The notes under the pieces were generated by a model that saw only the letters and a list, made by a program, of their open reading frames with translations, did no database searches and was not told where the DNA came from. DNA of 64,000 bases from a virus: positions 110,511 through 174,510 of the IMG/VR virus record IMGVR_UViG_3300013102_000002; one strand, 5' to 3'. Positions 30,470 through 40,099 of the stretch are shown here, piece by piece (the first letter of the stretch is position 1; each line of letters begins with the position of its first letter). Made by a program: the position numbers and the translations under genes.

Positions 30470-31246
30470 GTGAGGATAATATTTAATCAGTTTAAAGTTA
30501 AGGTACAAGATGCAATTGATGAATTAACCGCTCAGATTAATTTTATTGAGGCCGCAACTAAGTCTCCAGTTCTGCTATTTACAACGTCTGACAAAGTACT
30601 CAAGAACGATAGAGCGTCACTATTCATTACTCTAGGTTATGATAATGGTAAGTTTCGTGGGTATATGGCTAATTTAATGAGTTCATATTTTTCAAATAAC
30701 TGTCCATATAATTTAACCATCAGACCACGCTCAAAATCACAAACATCAATTTTTGCAATTTATCATGAAGATATTGAGATTGCACAGTTTAATATTTTTG
30801 AACAATGGTATGGGATCAGAGACAAACCGAGTTTAGAAGATGATATTTTAAAAGAACATCAAAGGCTTGAAAATGAAAAAAATAAAGAGATTAGTTTAGT
30901 GAATGAGCGCATTCAAAAATGGGAGGGAATTTTAACCCATCCATATAAATACGTGTACAATTTTTACCTCAAAAATAAAAAACTTAGAGCTAAATCTATT
31001 TTTCAATTTATTGATGATTCGATACACCTCTTGTTCAATAAGAACTTGATAGACAAGATTAAAAACAGATTGAAACAAGAGAAAGATAAGTTGAAGGAAA
31101 TCAACGATAGGTATGCTAGGCACTCATTTGATCCAGAAGAACTTATTGCATCAAACAAGGAAAAAGAAGCGTATATAAAATTCTGCGTGGACTTCTTTGA
31201 ACTACACCAATATTCATTACAACAAAAACAACATAAACTATATTAA
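30470..31246 (+). CDS. hypothetical protein
   Basis: 258-aa ORF after repeat site 30440. Confidence 0.7.
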   Translation: MRIIFNQFKVKVQDAIDELTAQINFIEAATKSPVLLFTTSDKVLKNDRASLFITLGYDNGKFRGYMANLMSSYFSNNCPYNLTIRPRSKSQTSIFAIYHEDIEIAQFNIFEQWYGIRDKPSLEDDILKEHQRLENEKNKEISLVNERIQKWEGILTHPYKYVYNFYLKNKKLRAKSIFQFIDDSIHLLFNKNLIDKIKNRLKQEKDKLKEINDRYARHSFDPEELIASNKEKEAYIKFCVDFFELHQYSLQQKQHKLY

Positions 31247-31270
31247 AAAAGGAGGCATAAGCCTCCCATA
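31245..31270. terminator. bidirectional terminator between convergent genes
   Basis: AAAAAA GGAGGC-ATAA-GCCTCC. Confidence 0.7.
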
Positions 31271-31432
31271 TTAGTACTCTAGGATTGTAAACTCACCCAG
31301 TATTCTTGCGTTCTGGGCTGCTATTTGAGTATCAAAAGTTTCCACTGAAAAGTGGAGATCGCTACTACGACAAATCTTCCATTCGTTATTTTCCTTACTT
31401 ACATCTTCAACAAAGTACTCAAAGGGTTGCAT
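31271..31432 (-). CDS. small hypothetical protein (53 aa, MQPFEYFVEDVSK...)
   Basis: GGAGGTG SD on the minus strand at 31441-31447; ends at a bidirectional hairpin. Confidence 0.65.
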   Translation of the reverse strand: MQPFEYFVEDVSKENNEWKICRSSDLHFSVETFDTQIAAQNARILGEFTILEY

Positions 31433-31555
31433 AAAATTTTCACCTCCTAGTTGTATGACTTTACTATAAATTATAGTTTAAAAAGTAAATAGTTATACCT
31501 GTGCTAGAACCGCGCAGTTGCTGCGTGAGTTTAATTTAAGGAGACGATTAAACTA

Positions 31556-31978
31556 ATGAATCTTTACGAAATTCAATTTGAACATTTTTCACAAAAAGAC
31601 AGTCAAAGAGGAATTTTAGTCTATCTTGCTGCTAAGTCAGATGAACATGTTTATGAATGGTTGAAGTCTAATCCAGACCTGGGAAATAATAATTATATTT
31701 TTACAACTTATCAAGACAATGAACGAGATGGGGAAATTTTTGATATTTATGCTGATGACTGGTCGATTATTGGAACAGAATCATTCAAGGAACGAATCAT
31801 TAGATTGTCTGGAGAAATAAACGATGATGAAGTTGAACTTACTGATCTTTATTATGGTAAAACTCTTTATGGGTGGAAATTGGTCAAAGAAGATGTCAAG
31901 CCAGATGTTTTTGCAATCGTTGAGGAATGCGGCATTAATCTGATTAATGGACTGGATATCGAAATTAAAAACCCTTGA
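31556..31978 (+). CDS. hypothetical protein
   Basis: AAGGAG SD. Confidence 0.7.
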   Translation: MNLYEIQFEHFSQKDSQRGILVYLAAKSDEHVYEWLKSNPDLGNNNYIFTTYQDNERDGEIFDIYADDWSIIGTESFKERIIRLSGEINDDEVELTDLYYGKTLYGWKLVKEDVKPDVFAIVEECGINLINGLDIEIKNP

Positions 31979-32027
31979 TAAATAAGGGTTTTTTGCACAT
32001 CATTTCATCATAAAATAAAGATTTTAC
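31968..32027. repeat. composite site (accessory palindrome plus core repeat)
   Basis: AAAACCCTTGATAAATAAGGG, 21 bp, ATAAAA taaaga TTTTAC. Confidence 0.8.
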
Positions 32028-32047
32028 ACAATCTTCAGCCGGGAATA

Positions 32048-32106
32048 TTTAATAAATAAATATATATACAAAAACCATTGACATTCATTTAATAAATAAA
32101 TATAAT
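32048..32106 (+). promoter_or_regulatory. consensus sigma-A promoter with two TTTAATAAATAAATAT boxes
   Basis: TTGACA(32078)-17-TATAAT(32101); boxes at 32048 and 32088. Confidence 0.85.
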
Positions 32107-32128
32107 AAGACTATGACATGAGAGAGGG

Positions 32129-32383
32129 ATGATTATCTTGTCTATTACTGAAATCAAAGCATCTGATTTAAAGCTTACCGAAGACGAAAATGCAGCAAGG
32201 TACATTGAAATATGGAGCAATAAATGGGGGAGTAAATTAACAATTGGAGGACTGTATGAGATAAAGAGATCATACGGAAGCCCTCAAATATATGGCGATG
32301 AAGGGGAAATGTATATTATAGATGATGAAGGCAAAGACGCTTACGGATTTCAAATGTTGTGTGATGTTAACTACTATGAATAA
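32129..32383 (+). CDS. hypothetical protein
   Basis: First gene after consensus promoter 32078. Confidence 0.6.
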   Translation: MIILSITEIKASDLKLTEDENAARYIEIWSNKWGSKLTIGGLYEIKRSYGSPQIYGDEGEMYIIDDEGKDAYGFQMLCDVNYYE

Positions 32384-32522
32384 TACATAAATATATATAG
32401 ATAAATTACACCAGTGATCGGACTAGAAAGTGTGGATTGTTATGTTGGTAATAAAGCGGAGTTGCATTGTGATGATGTGACTCCAAATGAAAATATAAAA
32501 TACATATGAAGGGAAGTAAGAA

Positions 32523-33188
32523 ATGAAAAAGAACAATAAGGCGTTAACGAACGAATCGGCCTATAGAGGATTCAAGGTAAGAGGTATTGCAAACAAGAAC
32601 GAACTTATAACAGCAATGAGAGCCATGATACCAAATGCATTAAAAGTTAATGACATCGTATTTGTTTGCATCGGAACAGACAGATCTACAGGAGACTCAT
32701 TGGGGCCATTGGTTGGAAGCTACTTAAAAGACATGGGATACGCAAATGTATATGGAACAATTGATAATCCAGTACACGCAGTTAATCTTGAAGAAACAAT
32801 GAAAAGTATACCGAAGAATAAGATTGTTATTGCAGTAGATGCCTCTCTTGGAGGGTCTGTGGATGTTGGAAATATATCGTTGATCAAAGGAAGTCTCAAG
32901 CCTGGAGCTGGTGTTGGGAAAGATTTGATAGAAGTAGGAGATTTCTCTCTATGTGGGGTTGTAAATGTAGGTGGATTTATGGAACATTTTGTTTTGCAAA
33001 ATACGAGGCTATCCTTGGTTATCAAGTTGGCGAAAGATATTGTTTCAGGTATAACCAATACATTTCCACTTAAAGAAGAGAGTAAGCGAAAGAGTAACGA
33101 GAAATTTGTAAGTAGGGCAGATGATATTAGAACGATTACCAAGCTAAAGAAAAAAGGATTAAATGTTGCATATCTTCAAAATACATAA
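32523..33188 (+). CDS. yyaC: spore protease YyaC family protein
   Basis: CIGTDRSTGDSLGPLVG, GTIDNPVHA.NL, IAVDASLG, LKPGAGV.K.L..VGD and LQNTRL motifs. Confidence 0.9.
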   Translation: MKKNNKALTNESAYRGFKVRGIANKNELITAMRAMIPNALKVNDIVFVCIGTDRSTGDSLGPLVGSYLKDMGYANVYGTIDNPVHAVNLEETMKSIPKNKIVIAVDASLGGSVDVGNISLIKGSLKPGAGVGKDLIEVGDFSLCGVVNVGGFMEHFVLQNTRLSLVIKLAKDIVSGITNTFPLKEESKRKSNEKFVSRADDIRTITKLKKKGLNVAYLQNT

Positions 33189-33237
33189 TACATATGATTA
33201 GATGAGAGATGGATTTCGTAAAGAATGGAGACTATAA

Positions 33238-33540
33238 ATGTCACTAAAAATTGAAAATGAAACGGTTTATGTGATTTATATAAACGGCATTCCATATGAG
33301 GGAGATGGAAGAAAACTTGTATATACTTCTGTGGGTGCTGCAAACGGAGTAATTACAAAAGAAGCGAAACGTGAGGCTGAGCACAGATATACAACAACAA
33401 GAAATTATCTGACGGACATAGACTGGTACGAACTAGGTTGGAATTCAAGAGAATATTTGATTGATAGAGTTAAAGACGAATTTACTATTGTTGAATATGG
33501 ACCAAAGGAGAATAAAAATGCAAATACTAATGGGCAGTAA
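33238..33540 (+). CDS. hypothetical protein
   Basis: SD after site 33202. Confidence 0.65.
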   Translation: MSLKIENETVYVIYINGIPYEGDGRKLVYTSVGAANGVITKEAKREAEHRYTTTRNYLTDIDWYELGWNSREYLIDRVKDEFTIVEYGPKENKNANTNGQ

Positions 33541-33697
33541 TCGTAGAGTTGACTTTTACGGAAACGCTAAAGACGGTGTGCATGTTGAAATGGTCAACGA
33601 CAAGGGTGAAACGTTTGTGTCGAGAAGATTAAGTGAAGAGCAACGATTGAATCTAATTGAGACCCTGACGCGAATGGATAATGGCAAGGCAGTTTAA
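33518..33697 (+). CDS. hypothetical protein
   Basis: AAGGAG SD. Confidence 0.55.
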   Translation: MQILMGSNRRVDFYGNAKDGVHVEMVNDKGETFVSRRLSEEQRLNLIETLTRMDNGKAV

Positions 33698-34135
33698 AAC
33701 TGTGGTTAAAATTGGAGATGATACAATGAAAACTTACACTTCTGAAGAAATCATTCAAAAACTCAAAGATCAAATATCTTCAACAAACCTTTATGACCGT
33801 GACAGCTTCAATGAAGGATATCGCGAAGCACTAAGAGACATGATTCAAGTGTTTAAATCGATATAAAATTTGTGTTTTATAAGAAAAGGAGATGTGAAAA
33901 ATGGGTGAAGCTAATCGAAGAAAATTACTTAATGATTATCCAGAGATAAACGAGAAGCAAAAGCAAAAGAAGATGTCTAAAAGAGATATCATAAACGAGA
34001 TAAGCACTAGTAACCCTATGCTTACTGTAGCAGGATTGGTTGGAGGATTTGGCGGCCATATTTGAGAATTGATGATATAAGAGTTTTATAGTGAACAGTA
34101 GTCAAATTATACGAAATAAGAAGAGGAGATAAAAA

Positions 34136-34528
34136 ATGAAAAAAATAAAAGTATTATTGGCAGTATTGATGACGGTGATTGCATTGACTGGTTGCACAAC
34201 AGAAGCAGACAAGGTTAGCCAAAATCTGTCGTTAGAAGCAGATAATTTTAATGTTGTTCGTCAATTAACCGTAATTAACTGCATACAGGGAGATACGTTA
34301 TTTCAAATGACAGGAAAAATGTCAATAAAAGCAGATAGCACTGATAATCAACTTGAAATTGTTGTTGAAGATGAAAATGGGAATTACCAAAAACACTTCA
34401 TAGGCTTAAGCGACAATGTGTCGTATGTTGTGGAGCAGAAGGGATATAAAAATGTAAGCAAATTTAAATATACATTGAACTATAATCCAAAAATGTGGAT
34501 TCCTGTTGATGTCAAAACAATCGAATAA
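34136..34528 (+). CDS. phage lipoprotein
   Basis: LTGC lipobox; ADKVSQNLS.EADNFNV.R motif. Confidence 0.8.
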   Translation: MKKIKVLLAVLMTVIALTGCTTEADKVSQNLSLEADNFNVVRQLTVINCIQGDTLFQMTGKMSIKADSTDNQLEIVVEDENGNYQKHFIGLSDNVSYVVEQKGYKNVSKFKYTLNYNPKMWIPVDVKTIE

Positions 34529-34569
34529 TCGCAAAATAATAGATTTATCAAAATTTAGGAGGAATATAA

Positions 34570-35118
34570 GTGGAAAATAAATATTTGAAAATTAACTTTT
34601 CTTGGGGAAACACAATTGAAAGTGCTGTTCATCAACTACTTGAATACAAAAAGAATGGTGTTTTAGCCTGCGGTGAATTTAATGGAGCAACGCTGTATTC
34701 AGATACGGTTACTATGGACGGAGCATATAAAGAAATTATTGGAAAGACGAAAGCAGAATTCGATGAATCGCAGCGAAAATGGAGAGAGGAATCAGAAAAG
34801 AGAGAAGTGGAATTCAAAAACAGTATTCCATCTCTTACTGAAGAATGGAAAGCGAAAGGCAGAAAAGTATTAGATCAAGACAAATGGGATTATTGGGATG
34901 AAATTGTACCAATTAGGCTTGGAGATTTGTATCATGGAATGGAATTGGGATGCTGCTTGAATATTGTGAAGATTCTAAATGAAAATGGCAGTCTCGAAGA
35001 CGCAAAGAAAGAAATTGAAAACCAAGGACATTCAGGAATGTCATTTGGTTTAGTAAGAACAATGGTTAAAGAGTTTTGTGCTAGGGGCGAAGAGTTTTCA
35101 AAGTATTTGGCTTATTAG
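34570..35118 (+). CDS. hypothetical phage protein
   Basis: AGGAGG SD; QGHSGMS motif; bounded by sites 34531 and 35127. Confidence 0.75.
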   Translation: MENKYLKINFSWGNTIESAVHQLLEYKKNGVLACGEFNGATLYSDTVTMDGAYKEIIGKTKAEFDESQRKWREESEKREVEFKNSIPSLTEEWKAKGRKVLDQDKWDYWDEIVPIRLGDLYHGMELGCCLNIVKILNENGSLEDAKKEIENQGHSGMSFGLVRTMVKEFCARGEEFSKYLAY

Positions 35119-35165
35119 AATATTTGATAAATACATACTTTTATAAAGAAATGAGGGGGATAATA

Positions 35166-35558
35166 ATGTACATTATTATCACAATGCTTATCGTATGGGC
35201 TTTGGCAATGCTGTTTTTGCCAAGGTGGTTGACCCACATTGAAATGACAAAAGAAGATGTAAAAGAATATGGGTGGGCAACTTATAAACAATTTAAAGAA
35301 AACTTCAACAAATACGAATGGACTCCATTACGACTTTATCCAGACAGTTGCTCTAATGACAAAGAAGAATGTTATTTTCACGCAAGTATTATTAAAATGG
35401 GTGGCAAAGGAATGTTGATTAGAGACCCTATCAGTTTGATGTTGGTGAAAAGATATGTAAAAAATGTGTTGTACAAGAAACCAGAAAAGCCAATTAAATC
35501 GGTTGATTTGTGGAAGGAGGCCAATAATGAGCCAAGAAGAAAGCAATTTTACTTTTAG
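35166..35558 (+). CDS. hypothetical membrane-anchored protein
   Basis: N-terminal TM helix; SD after site 35127. Confidence 0.65.
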   Translation: MYIIITMLIVWALAMLFLPRWLTHIEMTKEDVKEYGWATYKQFKENFNKYEWTPLRLYPDSCSNDKEECYFHASIIKMGGKGMLIRDPISLMLVKRYVKNVLYKKPEKPIKSVDLWKEANNEPRRKQFYF

Positions 35559-35729
35559 AACAAAGCTATTTCCAATGGATGTATCGTTACTCTTCTCAAT
35601 TTTTCAGAATCCCAACACAGTATTTACAGATGATCAAATTGAGAGCTGGAATAAGCAAGCGAACCAGATTCGTGATATTCTGGACGATCTGATTGATGAA
35701 GCAAATATAATTATGGAGAGCTAATACAT

Positions 35730-36044
35730 ATGAAACCACTTTACATGAGTAGACATTTTAAATATTACCACAAGAACAGATTTCATATTGAAGGCGTATC
35801 ACGCAAAACTAAAAAGCATCTTCAGAAAGCAATCAAAAAAGGCTACTTGCCAACTGTAACAGAGCAACGCTGGTTTCAATTGCCTGAATGCAAATGGTGT
35901 AATGGTGGAGGGTATTATCGAGAGCACGAATATGACACTGGTTATACTTGCCCTGATTGTGTTGGCACTGGCAAAGATGGATGGTTTGCGAAAGATGGGA
36001 AAATGTATGACAGAGAAACAAGATTAGAAGTTAAAGAATTCTAA
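35730..36044 (+). CDS. DnaJ-type CxxCxGxG zinc-finger protein
   Basis: CKWCNGGG...CPDCVGTG. Confidence 0.7.
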   Translation: MKPLYMSRHFKYYHKNRFHIEGVSRKTKKHLQKAIKKGYLPTVTEQRWFQLPECKWCNGGGYYREHEYDTGYTCPDCVGTGKDGWFAKDGKMYDRETRLEVKEF

Positions 36045-36251
36045 GGAGGTTTAATTATGATTTGGTTTGTGGTTGTTGGAGGACTTTTCAATATCATATC
36101 TGCACTTGTGATGAATACAAAAGATGTGCCAAGCGCTGTATTCTTTAAAGTGATTCCTTTCATCTTGGGGTTGGGTTGCATTCTTTACTCAGTGTCTTAT
36201 TTTAACATTCTATAAAACTTATCTTTTATCAAAACAAGGAGGTGTACTATA

Positions 36252-36488
36252 TTGGAAGAAATCGATTATGATAAGCTGCTGAATGATTGGGCAGATGGGA
36301 TATTTAAACTTTTAGATGAGGCCAACAATAAAAAAGATGCCGAAGACTTTGGAACTCCTGAGTATTATCGCAACTTTGGTAGAGTTCAAGCGTTCTCAGA
36401 GTCTCTTTCTCAATTGAGTTTTCTAGAGAAAAGACGTAAGGGTAATTATATTAAAAATCAAGGAGGTGATATTAATGAGACGCATTGA
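36252..36488 (+). CDS. hypothetical protein
   Basis: AAGGAGGTG SD after site 36212. Confidence 0.65.
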   Translation: MEEIDYDKLLNDWADGIFKLLDEANNKKDAEDFGTPEYYRNFGRVQAFSESLSQLSFLEKRRKGNYIKNQGGDINETH

Positions 36489-36657
36489 ACTTTTATTGTC
36501 TGACCTGAATATCGAGTATAAGCACCCAGATGGTCAGTGGAAGAGTTTTGGTGAGGTTTGGACTGAACTTGCTGTGGCATGGGGTAAATATGATCAGAGT
36601 GAACAACAGGAGATTATTTATGCTTTGGAAGATACTCTGAATCAAGACAATAAATAA
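36475..36657 (+). CDS. small protein resembling a tape-measure repeat segment
   Basis: LNIEYKHPDGQWKSFGEVWTELAVAW..YDQSEQQEIIYAL. Confidence 0.5.
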   Translation: MRRIELLLSDLNIEYKHPDGQWKSFGEVWTELAVAWGKYDQSEQQEIIYALEDTLNQDNK

Positions 36658-36684
36658 AAATATTTGGGGGAGTGGTATTTATAA

Positions 36685-38332
36685 ATGAAATGGAAACAAA
36701 AAACACCTGTCATTCCATTTGAATCATATGACAATACGTATTCTAAACTTGCGAAACTTAACGGAATCACAAACATTGATCAATTCCTGAATCCACTGTC
36801 TAATGTAATTTGTGATTCTTATCTGCTTAAAAATATTGATGCATTAGCAAGTCGAATCATTCTTGCAATTCGGAATCGTGAGCCTATTACGATTACTGGC
36901 GACCCTGATTAGTTAGGATTATGACGGCGTAACTTCGTTGGTGACAATGTATAAGTATCTACTTAATTTCACTGACGAAGTATATTATGTGTGCAATGAA
37001 CGATCCGAAGGTCATTCGATTAATAACTTAGTCGAAACGATTCCAGGATCAACAAAAGTTCTGATTGCAGTAGACAGTTCATCAAACGATGTTGAGACCA
37101 TGCGACTACTATCATCAAGAGGAATTGACTGCTTAATCATTGACCATCATACAGTTACAGTAGATAACCCATATGCAATTTTAGTAAACCCGCAGCAAGC
37201 CAATGACCAATATCCAAACAAAAATGCTTGCGGCGGTTTACTCGTCTTCAAGGTTTGCCAAGTAATTGATGATTACATGAATACATATTATTCAAACAAG
37301 CTCGATGATCTTCCTGGATTTTCTCTAATGGCTGATATGATGTCAATGTTGGAATTAGAGAACAGATATTACGCAAAACAGTCACTGAAGAATTTACATC
37401 ACGCAGGACTCAAAGCATTGTTTCAAGCAATGAATTATGATCTAACAAACCTATCTGCGACAGACTTTCTATACGGGGTAAGCCCTGCTGTAACAGCTGC
37501 TACACGAGCAGATAATATCCAGTTAGCAATTGACTTTCTGATGTGTATAGATGACTCAGGCGACATCAAGGGGCTTGCTAAAGAGTTGGTTAAGGCCAAT
37601 GAGAAGCGTAAAGAAGTTCAGGCTGAGGCACTCAACGCATTGAAACCGTTTGTGGATGAGCGAGATAAAGTAGTAATTGTCTTCGATCCGACACTTGGGA
37701 AAGGGATGAATGGCCTCGTAGCGCAAGAATTGTCACGGACATTCAATAAACCAGCAATTGTTCTTGGAGAAGGTGACGACAAAGATACCTACGCAGGAAG
37801 TTATCGTGGATTAGAGGACTTTTCAATGCTTGAATTACTTAATGGTTGCGAGAGTGTAATTTACACAGGAGGACATCCGTCTGCTGGAGGGGTGCAACTA
37901 CCCAAGACCAACTTAGAATTGCTTAGACAAGAACTAAATAAAAAATTGTCTAATTTTGAAGCCGACGATTCGTTGTACTATGATCTAGAATTCAACTTGT
38001 CAGATGTCAATGAGAATCTAGTTAATTATCTGAATGAGTTTTACCGGATTACAGGCAACAAATTCAAGCAAGGCAAATTTCTCATCAAGGGATTATTCGT
38101 CTCAGATAAGAAGCTCATGGGTAAATCTGCTAATACAGTTAAGGTTGATTGCGATAAGATTCAATTGATGAAGTTTAAAACTGATGAGCAATACTTTAAC
38201 TCAGTCCCGGTATTCTCTGAAATTGAAGCCATCGGCTCACTCAACATCAACGTTTGGAAAGTTTATAAGCCCAAGTTTAAAGTCACTAAAACACTGCAAT
38301 TATTCATTGATGATTACCGGGAAAATATTTAA
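36685..38332 (+). CDS. recJ: RecJ-like DHH single-stranded DNA exonuclease (SPbeta YorK-like), split by a 10-nt insert at 36910-36919
   Basis: ORF1 ends ...ITGDPD*; the ORF2 frame reads DYDGVTS..., AVDSS, IIDHH, NP, ADMM, GSYR, GGH. Removing 10 nt gives a 545-aa intact protein. Confidence 0.85.
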
Positions 38333-38371
38333 TAAATAAATATATACAAATTACAAAATACATTATATAAT
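38328..38371 (+). promoter_or_regulatory. sigma-A-like promoter with upstream box
   Basis: TATACA(38343)-17-TATAAT(38366). Confidence 0.7.
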
Positions 38372-38388
38372 AAAGGAGAACAATACAT

Positions 38389-38610
38389 ATGACATTTTAC
38401 GGACTGGCAACAACTCAAAACGGAGCAAGCGTAGTAATCAGAGATTTTACAGCAACAGATCGAATTGGTGTAGAAAATGAAGCAAAAAGCTATTGCAAGA
38501 AACAAGGACTGGTATTTGATAAGGTATTGCCAGAAAAGAATACAGTTAAAGGAGGATCAACACTTACCAAATACGCGAAGCAGCGTCAGCAATCGAATAA
38601 CAAACGGTAA
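38389..38610 (+). CDS. hypothetical protein
   Basis: Own promoter, AAGGAG SD, terminator downstream. Confidence 0.7.
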   Translation: MTFYGLATTQNGASVVIRDFTATDRIGVENEAKSYCKKQGLVFDKVLPEKNTVKGGSTLTKYAKQRQQSNNKR

Positions 38611-38621
38611 TTAGTAAATAT

Positions 38622-38655
38622 AATAGGTCTTCTATAATGGGAGGCCTATTCCTTT
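38622..38655 (+). terminator. probable intrinsic terminator
   Basis: AATAGGTCTTCT...GGGAGGCCTATT hairpin. Confidence 0.6.
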
Positions 38656-38821
38656 AAGGGAGTGCTTGAGTTGAAAAATGAAACAGTTTATGTAGCACCT
38701 GAGTCAATCACAAATAAGAATGTTGAATACATAAAGTTGCTAAGTGGGAAAATTGATTTGAAGAAACCAAGTTTTGCATCTAGCGATGAAATTATCGACA
38801 CACTGAAAGAATTCGATTTAG

Positions 38822-38881
38822 AAAAACCGCGAAAACATTGAGTTTTTTGAAGGCAATAATCTGATGAAATTGAGTTTTTAT
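38822..38881. repeat. composite site (accessory palindrome plus core repeat)
   Basis: AAAAACCGCGAAAACATTGAG, 21 bp, ATGAAA ttgagt TTTTAT. Confidence 0.75.
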
Positions 38882-38902
38882 CAAGAAAGAGGGATCGATT
38901 AA

Positions 38903-39118
38903 ATGTACATATCAAGCAAGAAAGAAAAAATTTATGTAATTGGGGTAAAAAACAAAGGCTATGTTGATCAATTTGGAGGCATTAATCAGGATGTATTTAA
39001 TGCTCAAAGCTATCAGGAAGTGGATGATGCCAGAAAACATGCGGGTTTATGCACTAATTTGGGGGATTTATATATCAGAGCACTAGTTGTTGAAGACGCT
39101 GGTATTGTAGAAATTTAA
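38903..39118 (+). CDS. hypothetical protein
   Basis: Between sites 38864 and 39119. Confidence 0.6.
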   Translation: MYISSKKEKIYVIGVKNKGYVDQFGGINQDVFNAQSYQEVDDARKHAGLCTNLGDLYIRALVVEDAGIVEI

Positions 39119-39158
39119 TTATAAGAACCGTTTCATAAAATTATATGGGGGCGATGCT

Positions 39159-39416
39159 TTGATTAATATTAGGGAAGTGAAAGAGATATCTAAGAGCAAT
39201 GCAAAAGAAATAGTTGAAAATCTTATTGCATTAAAGGAGATAGAATCTCAAATACTTGCTGCTGCTAAGATGGGACTTACTTACACGAAAGTTGAGATTA
39301 ACAATGTGAGTAAAGATGAATATACTCAAATTGGCTCATATCTTGAAATGTGTGGATATTCTTTTACTCCATTTAATGATTATCGTTGTGCTTTTATAGG
39401 ATGGAAATATGAATAA
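39159..39416 (+). CDS. hypothetical protein
   Basis: Between sites 39119 and 39421. Confidence 0.65.
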   Translation: MINIREVKEISKSNAKEIVENLIALKEIESQILAAAKMGLTYTKVEINNVSKDEYTQIGSYLEMCGYSFTPFNDYRCAFIGWKYE

Positions 39417-39456
39417 CAATATAAAATACAAGATTCATCAAAAAAGGAGGATAATA

Positions 39457-39762
39457 ATGTATTATTTGCGCAAGGAATCAGAAGAAAAAATTATTTCCGA
39501 AATTACTAAGACTGATGGGTCAGTAATACCAGAAAGAAAATTTATGAGCGAAGAACGTGCTGTCTTCAAACACCATGATTTTTCACGTTTTTATAGAGGA
39601 ACATTTAATGGACTGACGGAGAAATATCAAGGTATGAAAGTATACCAGTGCAAGACATTAAAGAAAATTCTTGAGCTTAGGGAAAGTACATTTAATTATA
39701 GTGGTGAGTGGTTTGATGTTTATGATGAGAATGGAAAAGTGGAAATTGATGATTTGAAATAG
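39457..39762 (+). CDS. hypothetical protein
   Basis: AAGGAGG SD; between sites 39421 and 39754. Confidence 0.7.
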   Translation: MYYLRKESEEKIISEITKTDGSVIPERKFMSEERAVFKHHDFSRFYRGTFNGLTEKYQGMKVYQCKTLKKILELRESTFNYSGEWFDVYDENGKVEIDDLK

Positions 39763-39805
39763 TGGTTTTATTAGGTCACAAATTCATATGAAAGGAGACT
39801 GTTCT

Positions 39806-40099
39806 ATGCCAAACTATTTAAATGACTCTAATAACAAAAGGGTTTTTCTCTATGTGAGAGGTGATGATTATTCAGCTCTCACTTTTGATCAAAAGTTTTA
39901 TGCTCAAGAAGTATACGAAGATATGGTTAGTAAAGGCGAAACGTCTAGAACGATTGACGATGAAGATTATATGGATATTGATATCGTAGAGTTTAACAAG
40001 GTTGATGAGAGATTTTTGAAGTGGGTTAAGGATTATCTCTGTGACTACGATCAACTTAAAGGCAGCGATATTTTTGAAGTTAAGCCAGTAAAGATATAA
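39806..40099 (+). CDS. hypothetical protein
   Basis: AAGGAG SD; between sites 39754 and 40099. Confidence 0.65.
   Translation: MPNYLNDSNNKRVFLYVRGDDYSALTFDQKFYAQEVYEDMVSKGETSRTIDDEDYMDIDIVEFNKVDERFLKWVKDYLCDYDQLKGSDIFEVKPVKI

Noticed and set aside
36685-38332. Group I/II intron in recJ, or two independent genes
   Set aside because: The gap is only 10 nt, far too short for a self-splicing intron. The break splits the DxD metal-binding motif and ORF2 has no good SD.
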